NCBI GenBank assembly: GCA_028023455.1
Contig: JAQFVV010000005.1
Location: 1,364,001 to 1,428,000 of the forward strand
Direction of reading: 5' to 3'
Source: Epiperipatus broadwayi
Taxonomy: Eukaryota; Animalia; Onychophora
DNA length: 64,000 nucleotides
Position numbers and translations under genes: made by a program. This document shows, one piece after another, positions 39,901-50,879 of this stretch. Positions within the stretch are counted from its first letter, which is position 1; each line of letters starts with the position of its first letter. Under the pieces are notes generated by a model that ran no database searches, was not told the DNA's origin, and saw nothing but the letters and a program-made list of their open reading frames with translations.

Positions 39901-41060
39901 TTTTTTTTTTAGCAAATATATATATAAAAACAATAATTAAAAAATATATAATAAAATAATAATTAAAAAACATATAATAAAATAACAATTAAAAAATATA
40001 GAAAAATAAAAATACCATTAAGCCTCCATAACGCTTTCTTCAAAATACAACAGAAAAAGTAAAACTTTTTATCGATATATTTTTCTCGCTAAACTCTTCT
40101 CCAGTAACTATCAAAAAAATGAGAGAAAGACAAAAAAATTCAATCTACTTGATCACAAAAATTATCATAAAATTTTTATTGTTTATCATAGAAAAATAAA
40201 ATTTACCTTTCTGGAAAGTAGAGAGAATGCTGCAAAGAAAGATCTAAAAAATGCATGTGTAGATTGCATAGGTTTCCATTAATCTTAATCTCAATTCAGA
40301 TGTAAACATGAAGAAGATAAAGTATGTGGTAGAAGGAAGGTGGTAGAAGGAAGGAGTTAGATTTTGTTAAATTAAAATTTTTAAATCTATTGATTAGAAA
40401 TGTAAAGAATATTTATTTGTTATATTGTCATTGTGTTAAGAGTAAAGAATTAAGATTTATCATTAAACCTGTTAGCTATCAATCTGTATCTCATAAGGTA
40501 GCTGCTTTAAAAAATTATTGTTATAGAAATAAGAGGTTAAATAATTCTAGTGGAGTAGCTTTGATTAATAATTTTATAAAGTTTATTTGAGTGTTGGCTA
40601 CTCTGATAGATTTGTTAAAAGTATTTTATTTAATAATATTTGCAATGATACAAAGGATAAATAAAAATATAATTTTATTTCTTTGCCATTTTAAATTGTC
40701 TTTTTATAAAATTGTATGTAAAAATAGTAATTTGTTTGGAAATAAAAAAATTGCTAATACAAAGGAAATTTTTGATAGAAAGACTTCCTGGAATAGTGTA
40801 TATTATCCCTTGTTTGTAAGAAGGTATATATAGGTCAGAGTAGTTTGTGCTTAAGTGAAAAAATAAAGATACATAAAAGTAGAGTTAGAAATAAATATCT
40901 TAGTTCTGCTTTATATATCCATAAAAAGATACAGGCCACACTATTGATTTTGTTGAAGCTAAGATTATCTTCTTTGAGAGAAATAAAATAAAAAGAAGAA
41001 TTAAAGAATCTTTATTATTAAAAATTTATGATTCAGAAGCAATTAATTTATTTAAAAGTT
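37000..41060 (+). mobile_element. Interrupted near-complete Penelope-like element (RT, thumb, GIY-YIG)
   Basis: KVINLSDIKLNDKEF..LGKGPNLVP (37225); HRDGFPLRFI-like (37680); GSLDIENVY and YFTYNDNFY (38456-38806); FVRYVADYLF (38905); SHKVAALKNYCYR (40490); PGIVYIIPC..KVYIGQS...SAL..H..TGHTIDF...RRIKESL (40785-41020). Split by an RTE and by about 1.4 kb of other DNA (39000-40380). Confidence 0.85.
37712..38478 (+). mobile_element. RTE LINE nested in the PLE RT
   Basis: ELQKILQELSDESRKVELKINVKKTKVM...YKYF, LTYGSETW-like, RTE C-terminus and (GAT)n tail at 38455-38472. Confidence 0.9.
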
Positions 41061-43529
41061 TTTTAATATTAAGAGTGTATGGAAAGTAAGTGGAATTATG
41101 GGTAATGTTTAGTTTAAATATGTTATTAATTTGTAGTTCTTTACACTGTGAAATCATTGGTAGTATTTTAAAGTTTATTTTTTTGGCTAGTCTGGTTGAG
41201 TTGTGAATTTGGGGTAATTTTGATTATATATATATACAATAAAAATATCCTGGTGATTAACTATTATGTACAGCAGAAATATTTTAAGTTAATTACTTAA
41301 CTCTCTTCAACTGCTGTTAAATGTAATGGCAGTTTAAGGGGGTTAAGTAATTAATAATATTTAATCGCTACTATATTTATTATTTTCATTGTTATTATAA
41401 TATTGCTTAGTTAATGAACATTTTATTTATATTATGTTTATGTATAGTTGGCATCTGGATTGAGGCTTGGAATTTTTATATTTGATTAACTGATAGCCTT
41501 TAAATAATGGTTAGAATCAAAAGACTGATATCTGTTTTCTCCATTTATCCCAAATAACTTTATCATCAAATTTATAGATTTATTCAAACATGTGATGTTA
41601 TAAGGTCTTTAATGAGTGCTGATTTGTGGACTATAAAAAGAAATAGTAATCTAATATAACCTTCATAACTGATGATCTAGGAATTATATGCCTAGAAATG
41701 CATGTTTTATAACTCAGCTTTCCTTTAAAATGAATGCATTTTAACATTCCACAGTTTACTTTCTGATATCCCAAATCCAAAATGCCAATAACATATAAAA
41801 TCACATAAATTGTGATCACACTTTTAAAGGCATTTAATGAAAGTATTTTTAGAATTGTCTGTTTTAACAAAAACAATTATCTGAAAAGTTCAGAGTTGGA
41901 AATCCAACTCCATGCCAAGATGTAACATCTTTTAAAAAACATTCGAGTATAATCTAGTAAGTAAAAACACAGATCTCAGATCAGATCTCTGAACAGAAGT
42001 CTGAGTAGTTACGGCTCCTATCATAATCAATTTTGTCAATGAATTAAAATATCATATATAAAAAAATCTGCACATTAAAACATTTCTCAATTAACTATTT
42101 GTATTCAAATTATCTATATTAAATTATCAGTAAAATATCAATGGCCATTATATATTTATATACAAAAATTGATTTTGCATAGAGTTATATGATTCACTGA
42201 TATAAGTCACATGATACTAGCCAAATTTATCATGTGATTTATATTGATATGTTAAAAGATAAAACTGCTTTACAAATAGCCTATCACAGAGCATGAGTCT
42301 TAATAATAGTTTCTCACTGAATAGATAGGAGTTGTTAGATGTCCATATATTGATGAATATTGATTGAATTGTTTACTGTGTTGATTATAGCTTGGCTGCC
42401 TAAAATAATCCAAGCCTCTTGAAAAATCTACCAAAGTTTAGATTGTAGGCATGTCAGGTAGATGTGCAGCCATTAACACCATGATGATTTTGTATGTGTG
42501 TTAATAGGAAAATATTCACACAGAAAAGATCCAAATATAATTTTGGGCTTTTTCCATGAATGTACATGCATATATGATGTTTTGTCTTAATTATATTAGT
42601 AATAAGTTTTGGATATATTTTAATTGCCATTATCTGGGTAATGTGAATGATATAGCAGCTGTTTCTAGAGACAATGGTAATAGAAAATAACCTATAGATT
42701 GTTTACCACATAATTTGTTAATTATTTCATCCATGCTGTCTATAAAATTTATTGTAACAATAGAAGCATTTATTACAATCAGTTCTAGAAAAAGTGAATA
42801 CTAAATATAATGCAAATTTTTTCAATATTAAAATCTTATCCAGCTGCACCATTCACAGAGAACTGTTAGAGAGACCATTGAAAGTCTACAAAGATTCCAT
42901 TGTAATAATAAACATCACAAAGCTTTCATTTATATATTACATGCCAATCATATACAATAAAAATGTCAAATTAATCACGTGCCATTTTCTTTTTTAATCT
43001 AATATCGTCTAAATTTTATATTGGTTAAATATTTAATCAAGTATATTTACTGGTCATCTGCAATCTGTGATCTGCCCCAAGCAATAACTATTGATTTGTA
43101 TATAATTGAGATATCCAAACAATTTATTGCTATTAGAACTATAACAAGCAACCACACATAGAGAATAACCTAAACCTGTTATATATATATGCACGACCTT
43201 TAAACATCTCACTATAGGGCATGAACAGCCTTCAAAAAAAGAAACAAACGGTGAAGGAAAAAACATTACACTTGACAACGATTAATTTATGAGAATATAT
43301 AAAGAACAGGCTTAGTTTTTTTTGTCAGATAAAGGTTTAAAAAAAAAAAGAAAATTTTTCAAACCGGTAATTAGCAAGCTTGGTAAATCCTAATTTATTT
43401 TTTATTATACTTGTATAAAAGCTGTTGGAGACACTGGTTTTGCATTCATAGATTACCATATTTATATATATACGTAATATTTTTAAATACAAATACATTG
43501 TCCTACACTGAACCTAATGTAATTAGACC

Positions 43530-43895
43530 GAGTTTGAACTCAGACTTTCAAACTCCTGACAGTTATTCATTTCATTTTATACATCTGATATATATGACAC
43601 ATATTTCATGCTAAATCAGCCCTCATCAGTTACTCCAGATTATCATCTCTTACATATACATATAATCAATACTCAGCAGCAAATTTTCAAACTTTAATGG
43701 ACAGGCTTTAATCCTCTCCACCCTCCAACTCTTCAGCCATAAATATCATTGATTTGTGATGGAATGCTCAAAACCCTTGTTGATGCCAATCCAATCTTAT
43801 TGTCATACCCATGTTGACTTTAAATCACTCTGACCACTCATGTATAAGACCCTAATATGTCCATTTAAATACATGTAAGCAGAATGAAATTCTTT
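43530..43895 (-). repeat. HHR family A copy 4 (HHR about 43595-43650, stem III / stem I 3' strand deleted)
   Basis: Minus strand gagatgataatctggagtaa-CTGATGA-gggctgatttagcat-GAAA-tatgtg, then a deletion. Confidence 0.75.
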
Positions 43896-44029
43896 CTAAT
43901 TACACTAGGTTCAGTATAGACAATATATTTGTATTTGAAAATATTACATATTCAGGTTGTATTTTGTCCATCCCTCTTCTATGTTTTTAAGTGAACATAT
44001 TACAGTCCTATACGTGAGGGATCAGACCC

Positions 44030-44340
44030 ATGGGTATGATAATAAGATTGGCATCAACAAGGATTTGAGCATTCCATCATCAGATTTTCAACGATATGGA
44101 TGGCTGAAGAGTTGGAGGGTGGAGAGAATTGAAGTCTGTCTATTAAATGAAGATTTGCTATCTTAATATAAACTAGTATTGATTATATATAAGTGTGAGA
44201 GATGATGATCTGGAACAACTGATGAGTGCTGGTCCAGCATGAAATATGTATATTAGAGATCATTTATCTTTTATACATGTATGTGGTCATGTGTATCAGT
44301 TGCATAAGATGGAATGGATAGCTGTCGGAAACTTGAAAAT
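44030..44340 (+). repeat. HHR family A copy 5 (HHR 44201-44268)
   Basis: gatgatctggaacaa-CTGATGA(44219)-GTGCTGgtcCAGCAT-GAAA(44241)-tatgta-TA-ttagagatcat. Core intact with G10.1-U11.1 wobble. Confidence 0.8.
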
Positions 44341-45043
44341 ATATATATGTGTGTATATATGATTTTATAAATAAAGACAATGATTTAAGTAATGAAATTT
44401 GTTTATAAAATAAATAGGTTTATTGGAAAGCTAAAACAATATTTGTTTTCTAGCTAGTGATAAAAAAAAATAAACATTTCATATTTAGTAATCGGCATTA
44501 ACAAGACTAAGTCCTGACATATAATCGACATGATATGATAAGTAGGTGCCAGTACAAATAAAGTCAGTTGAGACAGAAAAGTTTACCTTCAAATCAGCTG
44601 GAAGTCTTTGAAGGAAAGGCAAATATTGGTTTAAATAGATAAACACAAAAAGGTAGTCAGGAAAAGTAAATAAATATGAAAATTAGGACACATTTGAAGC
44701 CTCTATTAAAATAGAATGTACTGACCGTAGTCATACCTCCCTCTTTTTTTTTAAAAAATATTTTTTCCAAATTTAGTTATTAAGATAAAATGAAAGAGCA
44801 GGGTTTAAAATCTTATTCAATTGATAACGTTTTCACTTGCTTGCTGTGAAACATAAAAGTCACTTATTCATGAAAATGCATTTTCATAATATCAAAGCTT
44901 CATTATTGTATAATATAGCTGTAAATTTGAAATGTTAAAATAAATTTTATCAAGGTGTGGCAAGCAAATCTGTATGATATTGACTAAGTGAAATCGCTTG
45001 GCTAATATCATAATGCCTGGTGCTTCCGACTGTCTCCAGAATA

Positions 45044-45890
45044 TATCATCATCATCATCATCATTGTCAATCATTATCAATCTGCTGCAGAATAAAGGTT
45101 TCTTCAAGTTCAATCCATCTTCTCTGATTTCTAGCCTCTCTTCTTCACATCACCCCCTGCACACTTTCTTATTTCATTCATGGTCTCTTTCTGGGTCTTT
45201 ACAATTTCTTGGAATCTGATTTAAGATTTCAATTGCCCATCTATTATCATCTCTTCTAGAAGTATGTATAGCCCCAGCTTCAATGTTTTAGTTCTTTCAA
45301 TGATGTCAGTAATACCTGCTTGTTCTCTTACCCATGTATTGCATTTCAATCTCTTCTTGTTATATGCATCTCTCTATACTTCTTTGAGTGGTCTGAAGTC
45401 TCTGTATTGCTCTTCTGTTAAGTGTCCAAGTCTCAGATCCATAAGTAAGAACTGGTAAAACACATCTATCATAAACTTTTCTTTTCAAACACATAGGCTT
45501 ATTTGCTTTTAGTATTAAGTTATTTTTACCAAAAACACTCCAACCAAGTTGAATTCTATAATTTCATCCATTATGTTCCCATCTGTAGTAATAATCTGAC
45601 CAAGTATTTGTAGTTATTAACTTCTTCTAACTCATCATAATCAATGTTTATTTTCATCTTTTGGGAAAATCCTCTGGACGTTATTTTAGTCTTTTGAACA
45701 TTTACCAAGCATTCTTTACAAAAATAACTATGTCATTTGCAAAATCTAAGTGACTTAAATAATCTCCATTTACTTTTACTCCTTTTGCTTCTCATTTTAA
45801 TCCACAAAATACTTTTTGTAGCACTGCTGTAAAAAGTTTTGGAGATATGGAATCACCCTGTCTTCCATTCTTCTCAATGTTAGCCTTCAA
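45044..45890 (-). mobile_element. RTE LINE fragment
   Basis: (ATC)n tail at 45044-45064; reverse complement of the 37712-38478 sequence, extending to the RT GDSISPK and LDFANDIV motifs. Confidence 0.9.
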
Positions 45891-46983
45891 TAATATCATT
45901 GTGTAATCCAATTGTTGCTGTTGTATTTCAAGTTAGATTTGAATTACAATGTTGCATTTTTATAAATACAGCATATAAACATATATCTTGACAAGGATGC
46001 CTGCACTATATCAAATTTTTTATTAGGTGAATTACTTACAAACTTACCTGATTTGATGAAAATAGTGCTTTGCATTTTTGATATTTTTTTTGTATTTAAC
46101 TTTTCTATAAGAAGTCAAATTGCTTTGTTAGTGGATGGATAAATTCTGAATCCATGAAAACTTTGACATTTGTTCCTACTACTATTTAGGTCAAACCACA
46201 GATTTTTAAAGATTTATTCATTAATATGTTTATAGTACTTTGTAATTTCAGTAATTTTCTGTAGGTGAAAGCCACAATCAGAGAGCAATTATGATTTTCA
46301 CTTTTTTTCTAATTTTCATGTGCAAAAGTGAAAAAAAATTCTCTATTTTCTTTCTGACGTCAAAAAATCAGCCTTTATTTTATTTTAAAAAAAAAAAACT
46401 TTAACTTTCAATATTATTTTGTTTTTGTATAATATAATGGTAGATGAGTAAGAAATATTTTTATTGTTCTTTTATTTGACTTAGTAAAGATTTCACATAA
46501 TAAAAGAATATAGAGACTTTACAGTTTTGATTAATGATTTTTGTCAAATGTTTTACAGATATCTATTTTTTTTTATCTATGTTTTGAAATATTATAATTT
46601 AGATATAACATTTTGTATTCCGTATGTATCAATTATTTATTTTATAAAAATAAAGATTTCAGTTTTAAAAAATTTAATTATATATTATACTATAATTTAG
46701 TAGATGAAATATTTTTCCAATCTTCATTTCTTGGTCATATTTTGAAATATTACATATTCTATATAAAAATATTAATTATTAGATAATTAAGTTAATTTAA
46801 AATGCTAGAATTTCAATTATATATAACAATTTAGTATATAGATGTTAAGCAATTTTGCATCTTTGGAACAGAAAATGTTTAAAAAAATCCAATTAAAGAC
46901 TTAAAAGTAAATTTCTATTTTCAAGGTACTAATTAGAGGATACATAGCTATAATTCTGGTGAACTTCACTGGAAGTATATTTT

Positions 46984-47172
46984 CAGAAGCAAAACTCTCT
47001 ATAGTAGCGCCATTCAGTGTAAACCAGAGAAATCAATGGATGCAAGCAGGTTTGTGCATAAAACCCCTTTCTAGTTCCTCCTCATCCAATATCCCCAGAC
47101 TAGTTTCTAGCTTCCATTGATTACTCTGGTTTGCACCAAGTGGCGCTACTGTATGGAGAGTTTTGCCTCTGT
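46984..47172. mobile_element. MITE with TIRs of about 30 bp (CAGAGGCAAAACTCTCCATACAGTAGCGCCAC-like)
   Basis: cagaagcaaaactctctatagtagcgcca at the left and tggcgctactgtatggagagttttgcctctg at the right. Confidence 0.75.
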
Positions 47173-47644
47173 GAAAAACAATTGTGTAAGCCATGTGTGA
47201 TGTCTGAAAGTATATTCAGATGATTCTATATTATCAAGAAAAAATAAAAACCCTTTTTTTATGCAGACATCAAAATGTTTTTGCAAATTTTGCATTACAA
47301 ACATAAACAAAAAGAAAATCAATATTAAATATAACATATCCAAATTCATCAGGTGTAATTAACACTACTACTGTACTGTTTTGTTGATCACACCTGACAT
47401 TTTTGGAGTAAGAAATTATGGAAAACTTCCTGCAATATATAGAACCAAGATTAAATACTCACTCAGTAAAAATACATTTTTAAAAAAATGTAAAGACAGG
47501 AGGAATAATAATAAATGAGTTACGTAATAAAAATCAATAGTTTTAATTAATCTTTTTACTTAAGGATTAAATAATGAAAAGAGGCTTACATACTTGTTTA
47601 ATTTTCTATGTACATTATGTTCAGTTTGAAAGAACATATCAATT

Positions 47645-47800
47645 TTTATGATCTGGCCCAACTGATGAGTGCTGGTTTAACATGAAATACTTATATCGGG
47701 AATCATGTGCATGTATATGGTCAGGTGTATTGGTTGTTTGAAAGGGAATGGAGGATGAATAGACTAAAATCCTGAGTTCAAATCCCTCTATTTACATATA
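47645..47800 (+). repeat. HHR family A copy 6 (5'-truncated; HHR 47647-47707)
   Basis: atgatctggcccaa-CTGATGA(47662)-gtgctggtttaacat-GAAA(47684)-tactta-TA-tcgggaatcat; shares the 3' end ctgagttcaaatccctctattt. Confidence 0.75.
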
Positions 47801-48189
47801 TAAAACATTCTGTAAAATCAAGTTTCATACTGCATTAGAATAATAATTATTGTGAAAGAAAAATATGTATTTATTTTTTTGAAAAGTGAAATATATTAAA
47901 ATTTCTTTCTACATTTAATTTATATTGAGAAATAAAAAAAATTATATCTAAGTTTTCAATTAATGTTTTGTTTCTTTACATATGAATTATTTGAATTGGT
48001 GGAAAAACTATTGGCAGATATAAAAATAAGCATATTTTATTTTTATTAATAAGAATACAATTGAAACGAATAAAAATATATTTATCTTCTTTATGAAGTA
48101 TTATAACTTTATCTTTCTTATTGCATTGCCAAATTCATATAATATCAATATCATTTATGTTTTTTATTACTTTTTAAAAAGCTTTTTTC

Positions 48190-48240
48190 ATCCATTATTG
48201 ACAGTTTCGATTGCCCCAGCAATCTTCATCAGAATTTTTA
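48190..48240 (-). ncRNA. Minimal type I HHR motif (family D), intact core
   Basis: Minus strand aatt-CTGATGA-A-GATTGC-tggg-GCAATC-GAAA-C-T-GTC-aat: perfect 6-bp stem II, minimal stem III, GUC site at 48200, 3-bp stem I. Confidence 0.75.
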
Positions 48241-48254
48241 CTTATATTTTCAAA

Positions 48255-48300
48255 TCAGTTCTGAAGAAGATTGCTAGGGCAATCAAAATCGTCAATAGTG
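48255..48300 (+). ncRNA. Minimal type I HHR motif (family D), G12A
   Basis: gtt-CTGAAGA(48261)-A-GATTGC-tagg-GCAATC-aAAA-tc-GTC-aatagtgg; inverted partner of 48190-48240, followed by AATAAA at about 48326. Confidence 0.65.
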
Positions 48301-50879
48301 GATTGTAAAAAAAATTGTAAAAAGTAATAAAGAACATAAATGATAAAAATATATTTACAATGTAAAAATAAATGTTCATATCAATTAAATGTTATCCATC
48401 TTTTTGAGAAGTCCAATGTAAAAAATCCCCAAAGCTTCATGTAAAAAGTGAATAAATTCAGACCATTGCACATTGCCTGATTAGATCTGATATCTATGTA
48501 CAAAAATGAAAATATAACTTCATAAAAGTAATGAATTAACTGTTAAACAGAAGAAGATCAAGACTAAATGATTTAAATATTACTAAGTAACATCACTCTC
48601 AAATAGTGCTAAAGTGAACTGAATGGAAAATGCAGAACAACTCCAGTTAGCATTCAGAACCAACAAGGAAAAGATTAAGTAACTGTAAAAAAAATTTCCA
48701 AATGAATGTTCAGAAGTATCATGATATTTATTGATGCAATCTGGTTTCTTAACTTTTATCCAATACATTAAATACAACTAAGTTAAGGTATAAAATATTT
48801 GTTTAATTCTATATTCATGTAGCCTTCACTTTGAATAGAGTTTGCACCAAATTAATTTTCTTTTACATATTTATTATTATGAATTACTTTCCAATTAACT
48901 AATGTAATAAAAGTTTATTAATTAAAAATTATTATATTATAAAATAAAATATTTTTTGTCTTTATCTTTATTAGCAGTAGCAAACTGTCCATATGGTAGT
49001 GTCACCTAGTGTGAGCCTTAGTAATCAATGAATGCAATTCCTGCATCCATTGATTACTAATGCTCACACTCGGTGGCACTACTATATAGAGAGTTTACTA
49101 CCGTTAATAACAGCTTGTGTAAGCATAGGAAATGGTGATCATGTGATGTTTTGTTGGTCTTTACCTTTACTAACAAGAATTTACATTTTTTACTGTGTCA
49201 CACTCCATTGCTTTTTTAGCCCTTAAAAACATAAATGCATTTAAAAATAAAATATACTTATTTTTTAATTAATAAATATGTCATTGAATTTAAATATATT
49301 TGAAATAAAAAATTAAGTTTTCAAATTAAATTAAAAGTTACCTTTCATCTTAACAAACATAACATGAAAATTTCCCTCAAGAGTGAGTGAATTTAGAGTT
49401 ATTTTTATTCTGCCATCTATGGACAAAGTAAAAGCTAAAGTACAGATTTACTGCCATTAAAAATAAATTGTTTAATGAGCAAAAATTAGACTTAATAAAA
49501 TAAAATAAATAATAAAATGGGAGTACTGATTTGGTATGTGTTCACAGCCATGCTGAGATTATTAAAAGAATGTCCATTATTCTTTGATTAACTAAGGAAA
49601 CACCATACTTATCAAAGCCCTAATTTTTATTCTCTTCCACATACAAACATTCAGAAATAGCCCAAGGATCATCAGATATATCATTTAATAAATACATTGC
49701 ATGGTTTGATGCAGTGGTAGAATATTCAGACTCTGGATCATAATGTCATTGGATTTGTTCCAGTTCTGGGATTTCCAGTGCTCAAATTTCTCATGAATTC
49801 CCAAGCAATAAAACCATTCAATTATTACTTCTATTATTTAATAAATTAGTAATCAACATAAATTCTTGCAGTACAAAAGGCAGTGGAGTTCTTTCAAAGT
49901 AAAAGTGCTCTGCTCTTTAAAATTGCATTTGGATGTTAAATTTTGTGGACCTACTTTTAAAAAATTGTTTGCTAAAGCCTGCTGTTAAATTCAGCCATCA
50001 TTGTTGTATTTTTTAAACTACCAAATAACCACTTTTTCTGTTTTTAGTTAAGTGAATTGTGCTCCAATAAGCATCAAAATAATAACATTTTTTAAAATGG
50101 ATTTTTATGCTGCAAACATCAAGTGCCTACTACAAATGCTGTACAACTCAGCATGGAAGAAAATTGTTAATATTTTTTTATGGCAGATCTCTATAAATCT
50201 ATTTTAAAAACTTATAATATTTAAATGGTATGCCATAATTTCAAAGCATAGAATAATTAATTTGATAAATTTTTGGAAAAGACAATTAGCAGCTCTCTGG
50301 TATAATGTTCTTATTGCTTTTTAGGTTATATGAATCACTGCTTTGAAAATCTGATTGCACAGACAAATTTGAAAATGTTGAAAGTCTTTTATTTTTTAAA
50401 TATTGATGAAATTTAGTATATTTTTGAAAATTACTTATTTTTGATCATGCGGGAGGGGGTTGTGTTTTATATATTAGACCAAATTCTCTTTTTGTAATTT
50501 ATAGGTACATTTATTTTTTAAATTGCATTTCCACCATCCGCCATCAATGAAGCTTTGTTATTTTTTTTGAGATTTAGTATTATAGTCTTTCTGCTTTTGT
50601 AATTTGAATTTTTCTTCATGTGGGGGTGGGTAGGTAAGTGGGGTGTTACATTTGATGTATTTTACCGATTTCTGTTTTTATAATTTGAATTTTATACTTA
50701 TTTTTGATAGAATTCTTCATTGGGGGGGGGTAGTATTGTGTTTGACATATTTTCATCTATTTCTGTTTTTGTAATTCAAATTTTATAGTGTTTTCTTTGA
50801 TTTTTAAAATTGTATTTTAGAAGGATTTGTTCGATTTACTTTGCCTTAGGTATTTTAATTTGTTGATTTCAGTGATGTT

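Noticed and set aside
42250-42950. Possible hAT transposase remnant (GMSGRC, VHA-like motifs)
   Set aside because: Only two weak motifs in different frames; not distinguishable from chance by eye.
44575-44610. Candidate minus-strand micro-exons here and at about 40207-40245 (AG...GTAAA pairs)
   Set aside because: Such pairs arise often in AT-rich DNA; no frame or expression support.
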